Below, in pieces: positions 1 through 12,386 of a stretch of 64,000 nt of DNA (positions are counted from its first letter, which is position 1; each line of letters starts with the position of its first letter). The notes under the pieces were generated by a model, which was not told the origin of the DNA, ran no database searches, and worked only from the letters and a program-made list of their open reading frames with translations. The DNA is from Pseudovirgaria hyperparasitica (taxonomy: Eukaryota). The stretch lies in assembly GCA_010093815.1 (NCBI GenBank), contig ML996572.1. One strand, 5' to 3'. The position numbers and the translations under genes are program-made.

Positions 1-1693
1 GACTATATCCCCAAAAATGGTCTGAAATGGGTGGGAAATGTCAACGAGTTGAATGCAGGTCCGTGCTCGATATCCTTCAATTGCATGGATGGATACTCGT
101 CTGACCTTGGCGTTCAGGCTACGCCGCCGATGGCTATGCGCGTGTAAAAGGAATCGCTGCAATTGTTACCACCTTTGGCGTAGGAGAGCTGTCGGCCGTT
201 AACGCACTGGCCGGTGCGTACAGCGAATATGTTCCCGTTGTCCACATAGTCGGATGTCCTTCCACTGCTGCCCAGAAAGACGGTCTTCTTCTGCACCATA
301 CTCTTGGAAATGGTGACTACTCCGTTTTTGCCAATATGTCTCGTCAAATCTCCTGCGCTGTCTCCATGCTCAATGATCCTTACGAAGCCGCAACTCTCAT
401 CGACCATGCCATACAAGAGTGTTATATTAAAAGTAGACCGGTCTACATTTCTCTCCCCTCCGACATGGTCACGAAGAAGATTGAAGGCGCAAGGCTGAAC
501 GCGCCGTTGAACCTGGACTTTCCAACCAATGATCAAGACAAGGAAAATTACGTTGTTGATGTTGTGATGAAGTACCTCGAAGCAGCTAAATCACCCTGCA
601 TCGTCGTTGATGCCTGTTCCATAAGACACCGTGCTCTTGAGGAAGTCCACAAACTCGTTGCAACATCTGGCATACCTACCTTCGTTGCTCCAATGGGAAA
701 AGGGGCAATTGATGAGACCCTACCAAATTATGGCGGGGTGTACGCTGGTGATGGGTCGAATGAGGGCGTGCAGAACTACGTTGAAAATTCCGACCTTGTT
801 CTCAACATTGGTGCAATAAAGTCTGACTTCAACACTGCTGGTTTCACATATCGCATGTCGCAGCTCAAGTCCATCGACTTCCATAGTTACGGTGTATACG
901 TTCGATACTCCGAATATCCTGGAGTGCGCATGAATGGTGTTCTGAGAAAGGTGGCCGAGAAGCTCGGAAAGTTCAACGTGACAGCCCCATTCCCTAAACC
1001 AAGCAATGCAATCCCAGCAGAAGAGAAACAAGACGACTCTGGCGTAATTAGCCACGCTTGGTTGTGGCCACGTCTGGGCCAATGGCTGCGTGAGGACGAT
1101 GTTATCATCACAGAAACAGGTTTGTACCCATCGGATGCCAGAGGTCACCATGATTGACGCGTATAGGCACAAGTAATTTTGGTATTTGGGAGACTAGGTT
1201 TCCAAAGAATGTCATCGCCATATCGCAGGTACTTTGGGGTAGTATTGGATATGCGACGGCAGCATGTCAAGGTGCCGCATTAGCTGCGCGAGAGACAGGC
1301 AAAAAGCGGACGATTCTGTTCACCGGTGACGGTAGCTTCCAACTCACTGCCCAAGAAGTGTCAACAATGATCCGAAATGAGTTGGACCCGATAATATTCG
1401 TGCTTTGTAACAAGGGGTACACCATCGAACGATTTATCCACGGATGGAAAGACGCGTACAATGACGTGCAAGAGTGGGATTATAAGGGCATTCCGGCGGC
1501 TTTCGGCTGTTCCCCAGAAAAGCACCAGACGTACCGAGTTAAGTCAAAGAAAGAGATTGACGACCTATTCAACGACCAGACCTTTTCTGACAGCAATAAG
1601 CTGAGATTCGTGGAGATTGTAATGGACTGGGACGATGCTCCAAGGGCCCTTAAATCAACTGCCGCTGCATCTGCTAAGAGAAATGAGGGATAG
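1..1693 (+). CDS. PDC1: Pyruvate decarboxylase (ThDP-dependent), 5' end outside window; introns 59-117 and 1120-1166
   Basis: Spliced translation gives [49 protein letters not shown] and the ThDP motif GDGSFQLT...N; both introns are GT-AG; stop at 1691-1693. Confidence 0.93.
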
Positions 1694-2179
1694 ATGTAAG
1701 TATACGAATGAATGACAAACTTGACTCTGATCTTGAGCTGTTGACAACCTATGACATGGTCCCAAATCGCACAAAGAATGTACCATGCAAATCGAGTCCC
1801 TCCTGAGTGTAAGTGAACCTACCAATGCTGGGGGTTGTCTATCCACTAGCAGCCTCGAAAAATAAGTGAATCAACAATATCCGCGGCACGTGGCGCCACA
1901 TGACACTGTTTATAATTACAAGCTTGTTGTCTTTGCTTGTTCATCGTCGCGTAGCATAGCCTTGACTTGCCCACGCACACCGCACCTGGTTAATCTTAAA
2001 TTCGAAGAAAATTTGCTCCGTGTTTGACTTCCTCCACCTTTCGAGTTTCGTATCAACACAACGATCAGCACCAACACAGAAGTCCGATAGTTGAAGCTCG
2101 GTGAGTCTATAGATCTACAGATCCCTCACTCTGTATGACCTTTTTGCTAACTTCAAGCACCGCAACAGCAGATACCGTG

Positions 2180-4960
2180 ATGGAGGCTAAGGACAACTCA
2201 AAAGGAGTTGTGACCGAGTCAAAGGGAAAAGAGACAGAAACAGTCGATTTGACAGAGTCTCCTCCAAGGCCTTTGTCAGAGCCAATCAAGAACTCAGTAT
2301 CGGGTCCCTCAAACGTTCGCAAGTGTACAAGTCCTCACACGCGTGTTCCAGCAAAACGACGAGTTGTCGTTGACCCAGATTCCGATCATGAACATGAGCG
2401 CCGCGTTGTTCTTTATACACGTAGCCGTAGTGAAGATTCTGATGCATCCGATTATTGGCCGCCTACGACAGGTGTTCGTCAGGAAGAGACGCGACTTGAA
2501 GAAGAGCAGCTCGAGGCTGACTACGAAAGAGAGACAGCCCCAGAGCCACATAGGTCCTCAAGCAATATCGATGCTTCTTCAGCTCGTCAGTATCAGCCAC
2601 CAGGACCGCAAGGTCGTGATCCGCCTCTCATCCGCGGCCTATCAATGGTAAGATCCTTCGCTCCAACCATGCCGGCACACGGAAATCGTTTGATGTCCTC
2701 GAGAATGTTTGATATGCCTGGATATGCGAGCTACCCCCAGCAACAATATCACAGTGGTGGCGCGCCTTCGCTTCAATCGTACCAGGACCAGCCACAGCCA
2801 TTGATATATCCAGAGCCGATGGGTTATCCACAGCAGATGACCTATCCACAGCAGATGACCTATCCACAGCAGATGACCTATCCACAACAGATGGCCTACC
2901 CACAACAGATGGCCTACCCACAGCAGATGGCCTACCCACAACAGACCGGGTATCCACAACAGATGGGATATCCGCAGCAGATGCTTTATCCACAGCAAAC
3001 GGTGTACCCACAATACACCGTCCAACCACAGGAGTTGGCACAACAGCTGCAAATGGCCCATCCACAGCACATGACCTACCCGCAATATGTCAATCCCAGG
3101 CAACTTGTCCAGCAACAGGCCATCCCAGAGCATGTTCTCCCACAGCATGTTCTCCCACAGCATGTACTTCCACAGCATGTTCTTCCACAGCAGGTTCTTC
3201 CACAGCAGGTTCTCCCAAAGCAGGACGACCAGAAACAGGACGACCAGAAGCAGGTCAGCCAGAAGCAAGTCAACCAGAAGCAGGTCAACCAGAAGCACGT
3301 CAGCCAGAAGCACGTCAGCCAGAAGCACGTCAAACAGAAGCAGGTAAAACCAAAGCAGGTCGAACAGAAGCACGTGAACCAGAAGCAGGTAAAACCAAAG
3401 CAGGTCGAACAGAATCAGGTGACTTCAAAGCCGGCCAATCCAAAGGAAGCCAATCCAAAGGAAGTCAATCCAAAGGAAGCCAGACTGAAGCAGAGCTCTC
3501 AACAGCAGGTCAACCCTCAACAGCCTAGTCCTCAACAGGTCCACCAGGCAGAGCGAAGAGTACAGAGTGACCGCCATCCTGCAACTGCAAATACAGCTCT
3601 TCCCCTAGGAAGATCAGCTCATGTAGGTACGTCGCTGGCATTGCGGCCAAAGTCAAAAAACCCATCCACTGAGTTGATTCATCCGGCAGAGCCGACATTA
3701 CAACGTCCTGTCTCAGCTGTGGCTCTATCTGGTCAAGCTCTTGATTATTTTGCTTTTCCGGAAGATCCATGGGCCTCGCTCGGTCCTTCGACAAGCGGTG
3801 AGTATCCTCCAATACCGCCAAAGCCTGTTCTACGAAAAGCTACACTCGCTGCGGTTCCTGAGCAGACTCCAAACAGGATGGGCTTTTCAGGCTTCGCGCC
3901 AGAGAAAGGCAAGGATAAATCATCAGAGGACTCAGCGAGTAGTGGTGGCGTTGCAACCAGTCGCTCTAAGAAGGTCTATCATGAGCCTAAGGGCACAACC
4001 TCAGAACAGAAACTCGACTCCATTGTGCAAAGGCTTGTTGATTCCGCTTCCAAGAGAGCTGAGCGTCCGCAGGCCCCTACTCCTGTATCTGAGAAAGCCA
4101 CGGCACCATATCCCGTAGCTACGAAGTCCCGCCTCCAATTCTCAACCACTCCCAAACCGGCAACGAAGATGCCCTATACGCATCTCCAATATAAGAAGGC
4201 AGCCGCCACACATGCAGTAATCGCCGCAAAGGCAGTGACCGCCGCAAAGGCAGTAGCCACCGCGTTCCCTACTTCTTCCAGCGCCTCTCTCCCTAGCTTC
4301 GACCAGCCTGCAGATACCCTTCGAAACGAGGCCCGCACGCCTGACACTTTGGCTTCAAGTTCAGCAGTACAGGCCAACATCCAGACCGACACAGCCTCAG
4401 CTGTTCGTCGCGTCCTCTCGGGACGCAAGGTTGACAAATGGCTGTACACCATGCGTCTCGCCAATTTCAACGCCTCCGGCTCGCGCTGCATCGGCCGCGA
4501 GAACGCAGACACATGTCCATGCGAGGAGTGCTGCGACTTGATCCTAGCTATCAAGGGTGACATCGAGATTTTGCTGGACCCGCCTAAGCATGTGTACGAT
4601 CGTGGCCATCCCGACCCTAATGCCAGTAGTAGCAATCCTGACGGCAATCCAGATGACCATCTTGACGCTAGGGCTGAAGTCTATCTCTCGCCAACCTCCA
4701 TGCGTTCCATGCTCATTCATCATTTCTCGTCACGCATGCTCGAGGGTTCATCCACTCTGATGCTCTCGCCCGACGCGCCACTCAATCGCGTGCACAGTGC
4801 CGTGCGCAGGCGTTTGGGCATCGAGGACGCCTATGTGGCGTGGTTGAACACCGGCCAGAAGTGGAAGAAGGGCCTGGCGTGGGCACCAGGTCGCAACTAT
4901 CTGGAGCGTTGTCGCCGCAAGCGCACTGAGTATTTCGAGAGCGAGGTCGAGAAGAAATGA
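2180..4960 (+). CDS. Hypothetical Gln/Pro-rich low-complexity protein with internal tandem repeats
   Basis: Uninterrupted ORF of >900 codons; probable 5'UTR intron 2101-2168 (GTGAGT...GCTAAC...CAG) places the likely ATG at 2180; no family recognised; CPCEECC near the C-terminus. Confidence 0.65.
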   Translation: MEAKDNSKGVVTESKGKETETVDLTESPPRPLSEPIKNSVSGPSNVRKCTSPHTRVPAKRRVVVDPDSDHEHERRVVLYTRSRSEDSDASDYWPPTTGVRQEETRLEEEQLEADYERETAPEPHRSSSNIDASSARQYQPPGPQGRDPPLIRGLSMVRSFAPTMPAHGNRLMSSRMFDMPGYASYPQQQYHSGGAPSLQSYQDQPQPLIYPEPMGYPQQMTYPQQMTYPQQMTYPQQMAYPQQMAYPQQMAYPQQTGYPQQMGYPQQMLYPQQTVYPQYTVQPQELAQQLQMAHPQHMTYPQYVNPRQLVQQQAIPEHVLPQHVLPQHVLPQHVLPQQVLPQQVLPKQDDQKQDDQKQVSQKQVNQKQVNQKHVSQKHVSQKHVKQKQVKPKQVEQKHVNQKQVKPKQVEQNQVTSKPANPKEANPKEVNPKEARLKQSSQQQVNPQQPSPQQVHQAERRVQSDRHPATANTALPLGRSAHVGTSLALRPKSKNPSTELIHPAEPTLQRPVSAVALSGQALDYFAFPEDPWASLGPSTSGEYPPIPPKPVLRKATLAAVPEQTPNRMGFSGFAPEKGKDKSSEDSASSGGVATSRSKKVYHEPKGTTSEQKLDSIVQRLVDSASKRAERPQAPTPVSEKATAPYPVATKSRLQFSTTPKPATKMPYTHLQYKKAAATHAVIAAKAVTAAKAVATAFPTSSSASLPSFDQPADTLRNEARTPDTLASSSAVQANIQTDTASAVRRVLSGRKVDKWLYTMRLANFNASGSRCIGRENADTCPCEECCDLILAIKGDIEILLDPPKHVYDRGHPDPNASSSNPDGNPDDHLDARAEVYLSPTSMRSMLIHHFSSRMLEGSSTLMLSPDAPLNRVHSAVRRRLGIEDAYVAWLNTGQKWKKGLAWAPGRNYLERCRRKRTEYFESEVEKK
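2819..3480 (+). repeat. Consecutive coding minisatellites: 18-nt (YPQQM[TAG]) array, 15-nt ([HQ]VLPQ) array, 15-nt (QK[QH]V[SNKE]) array, 15-nt ([AV]NPKE) array
   Basis: Repeated units such as tacccacaacagatggcc, cagcatgttctccca, cagaagcacgtcagc and gccaatccaaaggaa are directly visible. Confidence 0.95.
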
Positions 4961-6124
4961 GAGGAAATGGAAGGTCGCAGTGTGAAGCGAGATGTGTTCG
5001 TCACACTCGTCAGTCAAAACACAAAAAGCTTGTTTATGTTTTCTTCCTTGCTTCCTTTTGCGGCCATTTGCTTTGCAGAATTGAGTCTTCACCGACTTGG
5101 ACTATCGCGCATGTTTATTCACTTACTCACTGGCTTCAACGGCCTGGTGCGTCGAGACACTACGTCTCACATACTCACTGGCTTAACACGGCCTGGTGCG
5201 TCGAGGGCATCACATACATGTCTCCCCTGCGTTTTACTCTTTCATAATGCGGATTTCGACAATGAGATCGACCCGAAAAGCGAGCGAATGGATTTGGAGG
5301 AAAAGGAACGAAAATCAGGACAAAAAAGAAATGGTGCTTTCAGGTTGAGTTTGTTCCGGATGCGGTAATCGTCACTTTGGCTTCACTAACACACTCGTTT
5401 GCTTGGCCTAGCTGGCTTTCTTTTGTTTATGAAGACGAGGATATTGTGTCTCTGCGTTGAGATTGTGCTTTTATCATGCTCTGGAAATTGATGGACTGGG
5501 ATTAATGGGATGGAATTGAAAATCGAAAAGAGAATGGTCGTAAAAGCGATAGGAAGGAAATGAAATGGAATACCAATAGCGATAGCAATAGCAATAGGAA
5601 TGCAATGCGAAAAGAATTGTGCGAGAAAACTGGGGTGTCGGCTTCGTCGATGCGTGGTTCTTGCCACATTGAAGGATGAATTAGGATTTAATAAGGTGCT
5701 TTACGGGCGGGCAGAGCTAACGAGTTGAGTGTGAATATACGGTATGGCGATTACAAAAGAAGATGACCTACTTCAGATGGAGAGTGGAACGGTGTAGCAG
5801 CTCTATGGATGTGAGATCGAAAACTGGGCTAAGCCTATCAGGGAAACCGAATATCATTCTGATTCTCGTCGAGATGAGTTAGCATGCCAAGGTGGTACAG
5901 TGCAGCGCTTTTGCGGCTCATATCAAAGCCTAATTTAGCAGATGCCAGCGAGCATAATAAAGGCACGACGATTCTTTTTGCAGGTTTTTCGCATGATATT
6001 TATTCGTCACGTGCTGTATCAGGCACTTCAAAGTGTCGAAGGCTTGGCACACACGACGCACGGATGAAACTCGATGAGTAACTTCTTTTCAACGCGTCAC
6101 CCAACATTTTCACTGATTATAAGC

Positions 6125-7339
6125 ATGGCCGAAGAATCAACCAACAAGCGGAAGCTTGGTGACGGAGAGACTTCTTCTAATCGACCTTCCAAAAAGACTG
6201 CCAAACATGGCTCTTCCGTAAGCGCCTTCTCGATCTCGATCAGCTGAAGCTCGAAGTTTGGTGCAAGTTAAACACACGAAAGCTAATACTCACACGTATA
6301 GGGCAAAAAGCAGTGGCGCACTCCACAAGGGACCCAGACCCAACATGGCGCTGAGAATCACCGCATCGAGGCTGGTGACGTAGGTATCTTCGCTACCTGT
6401 AACATGAAGCAGGAGAGAAAATGCATCGCTGAGCTGAGAGACTTGTTTGATGAGGTGAGCCCTACATTTCATGCTATAGTGTTGCATGACTGCTGACAGG
6501 CGGTCTGCAGTATGCTCAGCAGATCTACAACATTCGCGACGACGAGCCTGCTGGCGATCGAGATACACCAAAAGACATCTCGGCAGAAATTGCCAACGAG
6601 CTCGAGAGGATCAAGTCAAGCAAGACCGACGGCCTGTTCACTAATATCAAATTGGATGTTGAGTGCGGTACGTGATGTAGTCTCAATATGCACTTACGCC
6701 ACTGACCAGCCATAGTGGTCTTCATGAAAACACGCGAGCCAGTGGAGCCCGTATCTTTCGTGCATCAGATCTGCAAGGATGCTGCCGTCTCACACCGCAA
6801 GCAAAATCGATTCATCAAAAAGCTGATGCCCGTGACTTTGTTTGCCAAGGCCAATGAGAAAGGTCTTGACGAGATATCACAGAAAGTTCTCGCGCCACAT
6901 TTTCATAGAGAAGGCGCCGCAAGCAAGAAGGTGAGATGCAATTCGTCGTTCCAAGCGAACCACCTCGTACGAGTTACGCCTAGCGAACGAAGGACTGATT
7001 CGATCTGCATCTTCGTATAGTTTGCGATCCGACCGAATTTCCGCAATCACACCGTCATGAAGAGAAACGATGTGATCAAGCGCATCGCCGCTGCTGTTGG
7101 GCCTGGCCATGCAGTTGATCTGAAGAACTACGATCTTCTGATTCTGGTGGAGGTCTACGAGGTAAGTGGTATCTGTCCACGTGTCTGTGGCGTCGCGGCC
7201 CGCAGCGTGCACTGGACTTGGCCATGACTTACGCAAGCTACAGAATGTCCTTGGAATGAGTGTGGTTGGAGCTGATTACGATCAATTGAAGCGGTATAAT
7301 CTTGCTGAACTATATCAGCCGGAAGGCGAAGATGAATGA
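6125..7339 (+). CDS. TAN1: THUMP-domain protein (Tan1/THUMPD1-like tRNA acetylation adaptor), multi-exon
   Basis: Exons give GIFATCNMKQERKCIAEL, VVFMKTREPVEPV, NRFIKKLMPVT, FAIRPNFRNH, HAVDLKNYDLLILVEVY and GMSVVGADYDQLKRYNLAEL; several GT-AG introns; stop TGA 7337-7339. Confidence 0.85.
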
Positions 7340-9212
7340 GCCTGGTAAATTGGCAATATGCCGTATCATTCTTCAAAGGGCTCTGTCATCCGACTCACAC
7401 CTGCATGTTTCGAAGAGATCTCAGGCAAGGATTGGGGCTAGCTAATCGTCGGCCGAGACGAACGATGCAGCGTATCCACCTCTCCTGTGGCGTTCTCATG
7501 TCGAACCTAATGTCGGTGCGGTGTGGTGCCCAGTGCTGAATTTACAGGTTACGATCTCATGAAAGCCCATGGCGCTCAATCACTGGAGCAATGCAATGGG
7601 TGGGCTTGTAGCGATCTCAACCTCTTCAAAAGTCCTCTAACGTATTTTCGGTTCGGGATACGGTAAACCGAAAGTAAAAGCACGCCCCAGCGGTACACGT
7701 TACTTTATATTCCGTTCTATTATAGACCCAGAACAGTGGCGTATCGTGCGTAGGCGCTTTCGTCTCCATGTGTTCGGGAGCCATCCGCTGCAGACAGGGG
7801 GTGATATGTGGACTACAGGCTACCGACAATGTCTCACTACGCACGATTTAGTGACAGTCTAGCTGTAGGCGAGCTCATGAGGGCAGCCGCCGTCCATAGT
7901 GTGCGAGATTTGTTTTCACATCCGACGCACAGTAATGAGTCGGTGGCCTCGCTCAGTGATGTTACACATCATCAAATCATCATCAGCAAAATAGACTAAT
8001 AAATCAGTACTTGAAGACATGGGCGATCCCAGCTCTATAGGGCTGGGATCGCGGGAGATAATCATTCATATCGCGTGGCGCATGAGCTCGATTGAACTTG
8101 GAGACTAGCCTCAGACGGCGCTTACGACATATCAGTGGTTTGATAATTCAGTATGAATCTTGCGCAGTGCAGACCGCAAGAAGCGCCAGGGCTGAAGACT
8201 TGGAGAAGCTTTACTAGACACGGGCAACTAAACGAGGTTTCATCGCATCGTGTCATCAGCCTCGCCCTATTCTCGCTTGACCCATGTCCGTGTCGGAGTG
8301 GTTGAGGGCGTCGAACGTTGGACTCTGGACGTTCCAGAAAGCAACTCCATTCACGACCGGGACTGGGAGCCGTGCAGCCAATCAGCGGCGCCCATTAACG
8401 ACCGCCATTCGTTTAGCTTTCCTCCTTTGAGCCTCACAAGCGAAACTTACGGGGTCCTCTGTGGTCTCTCTCCCTTTCATCCTCCACTCCTCCACGCCGT
8501 GCTACGGTGCTACGATCCTCTGACTCTGCTACTGTGCAAATGCACAAGTCACTAAAAACACACGCTTGTCGGCCACTCGGCACTTCCATCTCTTTCAAGC
8601 TTTTGTGGGCCGCCGCCAATTATGCCACCATCGAGGCAACGCCCAGCCATGTTGTGTATTCCTGTAATGGACGCGCTCCTGCTACGCCATCTGCTTTCGT
8701 AACGCGTCAGCATGCGACGACTTCGCCAATTTGCCGAAACACTTATGCACTATAACTGTCTCCTAAGACATCTCGGCTCACAAGGCGACAAGTGAAGACT
8801 TGCTATGCCTTCTGCTCTGTAGTATCATATATCCTGGATCGACCACCATAGAATTTGTTCACCTCTGGTCCTTATCCTCCAATATCTGGCGTTTGTACAA
8901 TTCCACAGACGAGTCCTTGTTATAGTCTACATACAGCCTCCCCATTTACAATATATGCGTTCTTGAACTTACCTCACGCCGATCTGCATAGCTGAAGAAA
9001 GCCCTACTTGGATGAGGCTTGGAGGTTTCAGGCGTGCTTTATAAGAGCCCTGGGCATTAGCACATCTGAATCTTGGCATCTGGAAGGCTCCCAAGGCATT
9101 GAACAAAGAGTATTATTACTATTCCCAAAGACCCCTGCGGCCTTGCATGTCGCTTCTTACCAGCATGCACCTGCCTTGCTTCGATCACCATGGAGGTTCT
9201 CCACGTACGACT

Positions 9213-10249
9213 ATGAGCTTTGGAACGATGATGAACTCTACTCCTCCAGCGTCCAGTCGATCTCCGGATTTCCAGAGTACTCAAGAACTTCTCAGGACGA
9301 TATTGCAGTCCTCGAGGATATGTCTACAGCAAGTCGAGCGTCTCAAGGGTGTGTTGAACAGGGTATATCTCGTGCGACTAGCCGATGGACGAGCTTATGT
9401 TATGAAATGCCCTCCCTATCGTTCAACACCGCTTCTGCGCCAGGAGAGACATGGCATGCAGGATGAATCACGGATACTCAAACTCATGGCGACGGCACCG
9501 GACGTTCCGATACCTCGCATCGTCCATTGTCGAGAACATGGAGGTTCTTTTGGGCCTTATCTTCTCCGAACTTTCATACCGGGAACCCGACTCACTGAAA
9601 TGGCACCGTACTTGACTGCGAGTGAACGAGAGACGATCGACCGTACACTTGGACGCCATATGGAGAGGATCACATCGTCCACTGCCGGTACGTTTGGAAC
9701 TTCTGCACCCGTCTTTGCAGGAGAGGGACATTCGAACTGGCAAAAGGCATTTCATCACCTACTGGAATCGACGCTACGGGACGCAGAAGATATGCTTGTG
9801 AGCGTGCCTTACGAAAGCATTCGCTCTCACTTTGAAAAGCACGGACACCTATTGAGACTCATCACGACGTCGCAGCTAGTTCCCATGCAAGCTGGCTTGC
9901 CTGAGAATGTCATTATCGACCAACACACAAAGCAAGTATCGGGCATCATAGGATTCTCTGATACGATCTGGGGAGACCCGATGATATCTCCTGTGCTCGC
10001 ACAGGCTAGTCCAGCGTTCTGGAAGGGTTATGGGAAATACCCGTCCCCGTCAGAGGGTGAACGTACGCGGCAGTTGATGTGAGTTTGGTCCTGATATCGA
10101 AAGGGTTCTTACTGACTGTTATCAGGTATACGATGTACCGAGCTCTCGTCCAGATAGTGACAAACTACTACCGTCCAAGCGAAGACGATCTTGAGCTGGA
10201 AGCCCGAAGGCTGCTGACTTGGTCTTTGAATCAACTCGACGCCATATGA
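9213..10249 (+). CDS. Aminoglycoside-phosphotransferase-like (APH/kinase-fold) protein, catalytic motifs degenerate; intron ~10079-10125; start uncertain
   Basis: RVYLVRLADGRAYVMKCPP...LLRQE, VPIPRI, WGDP and C-terminal RQLMYTMYR...ELEARRLLT match my recollection of the fungal APH-like family. Confidence 0.75.
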
Positions 10250-11755
10250 ATGCTACACACCTTCGGCCAAAATGCACGAGGTGTATCGATATGCGAGACA
10301 CTCTGAACTATCTCACAGCCGACGAAAAACACTTTCAAGTCCAAGTGATACGATATACAGACATTTGGCGCCAGTCCAAAATAACGAGCCCTAATGGCAC
10401 AGAATAGATCTTTGTGACAGGGGTGCCACACACATCATATGGTCGCACGAAACTCGACACATGGATTAGAACTCATCGCAGGCTATTCAAAGAAATTTCT
10501 TATCCAACTCAACCATTTCCCGGTTTCGAGACACGATACTTACTTAATAACACGGCATGACTTATGAGGAAAAACGGACATTTGTTATTGACAGCATACA
10601 TAATCATCATTTAGCGAGGAGTTGACAAGGGTTTACCAGGAGGTATGGGGTTTATGGGGAGTGCTACATCACGCACAAGGCTATTGCCACAGGGAGGTAA
10701 TGCCACGGCAAAAAGTATGTCAATATCAGAAACTTTCGGTACTCGAAAAGTCGTTACTACTGCTCACCGTCTTCCCGTCTGTCTATCTGTCTACATTTCT
10801 TGCTCTCTACGCTGACGTGACTCATGCTTTGATATTTGTCCAGCCGTCACAGCAAAATACGGTCCATAGAGCCTTTCATGCATTAATCAGACCCCAGTTC
10901 ACATCTCCATTACCGTCTGAAACTCCACCCCTCCCCCTCCCCACAACTGTCCCCAGTCCCAACGCTCACCTCCCCTCATAAAAACACCAAACACCAACAC
11001 CGAATCCCCAAACCCTGGCCATCCCCTCCTTCCATTCATGCACTCACTCGCCCACTCATCCACTCACTAAACACACTATAATATCACGCAAAATCCATCC
11101 ATCCCTCCAGCCACCCACAACAAAACAACACAACACACCATACACCAAAACCCCCCGGAAGTAGTCACAATTAGCGAAATCAGACATGCTTACACATACT
11201 CTCCATGGCACCGTGGTCCGGCCTTGTATGTATGTATGGTACGCGCGGCCAGAGAGCGGGGTTCAAGCTTGGATTGGCGGGATTTTAGGTGAAGATTTGG
11301 TGGATTTGGGAATTTCGTGGATGGGCGGTGTGAGATTGGGGGTCGTGGTGTGGTGTGGTTTGGTGCGGAGGGTGTTGATTGATTGGTCGGTTTGGGTTTG
11401 TGTCAATGGGCGAGTGGTATGGTGGGGAGTGATGCATTTTTAGGGAATGTCCGTGTATGTATGTATGTGCGTTTAATGTACGTTTATGTATGTATATGCA
11501 TGTGTATGTGTATGTACATGCAAGTGGAGCAAACACAGCCTTGGCGAGGCTGAGGTGTGTGGTCACCGAGCTAGACAGGGCAGGGTTTATCTTTTTTATT
11601 TTTTCCAAAAAAAGAAGTATCACAACTTATATAATTTCTAGTATGCGATATAGATTAGGGTTTTTCAAATCTGTGTTTTACTTGGAGGTGTTATGGATAA
11701 GATAAGAATTGCTATGCGGACGTAAGTTCGGAGGATAAGGAGTGGAGAGTGGTAT

Positions 11756-11777
11756 TTTGTTTGTTTGTTTGTTTGTT
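11756..11777 (+). repeat. (TTTG)n microsatellite
   Basis: tttgtttgtttgtttgtttgtt seen directly. Confidence 0.9.
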
Positions 11778-12386
11778 TATTGCTTGGCGCGACATTCTAC
11801 TCTGCCTGAGAAAGAGGGTGAGAGAAGAATGCACTATCTCCAAGACACGCAACTATAAACGAACATATCCCGTACCATTGCCCTCCTCCAGCTACTAGGA
11901 AAATAATCCAAGCATCGTTAACACCGTCTAAATGTTGCGATAGATGGATGGAAGGATGAGTCTAGTCTAGTGTATTAAGGACGAAGCTAGGCATCATGCA
12001 TGGACCGGGTGAAGCGAGAATGTCGCTTGTCCGGCAGCGCTAAGGAACGGACGCTACGACGGAGATGGTGAAAGCAGCGAGTGGAAGCGAGGATGGAAGG
12101 ATACGGGGCGTGGAAGGAGTTCTAGTTTGCGATGGGATTCATGGTGTGTGAGGCGGGTGGGGGCTGGCGGGAACTGTGGGAATGGATGGATTGCCTGCGG
12201 CTGACGATGAGTGGACGGTGCGGCGAGTACGTCTTGTCTATGCTCAGAAATTAAGACCATCTAAGGAGATCAGAGAATGTGAGACTGGTGGATGTTTGTG
12301 ATAGCGAGTGATACTGACAACTAGCTAGCTACCTGTAGGCCCGCAAGAACTGCAAGACACCCAGTCCGCCAACATCGGTATTGTCT

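Noticed and set aside
2628..3373. Minus-strand repetitive ORFs (LLWVGH, TCFWL repeats) and CRISPR-like periodicity
   Set aside because: They are antisense shadows of the coding minisatellites; there are no unique spacers and the context is eukaryotic.
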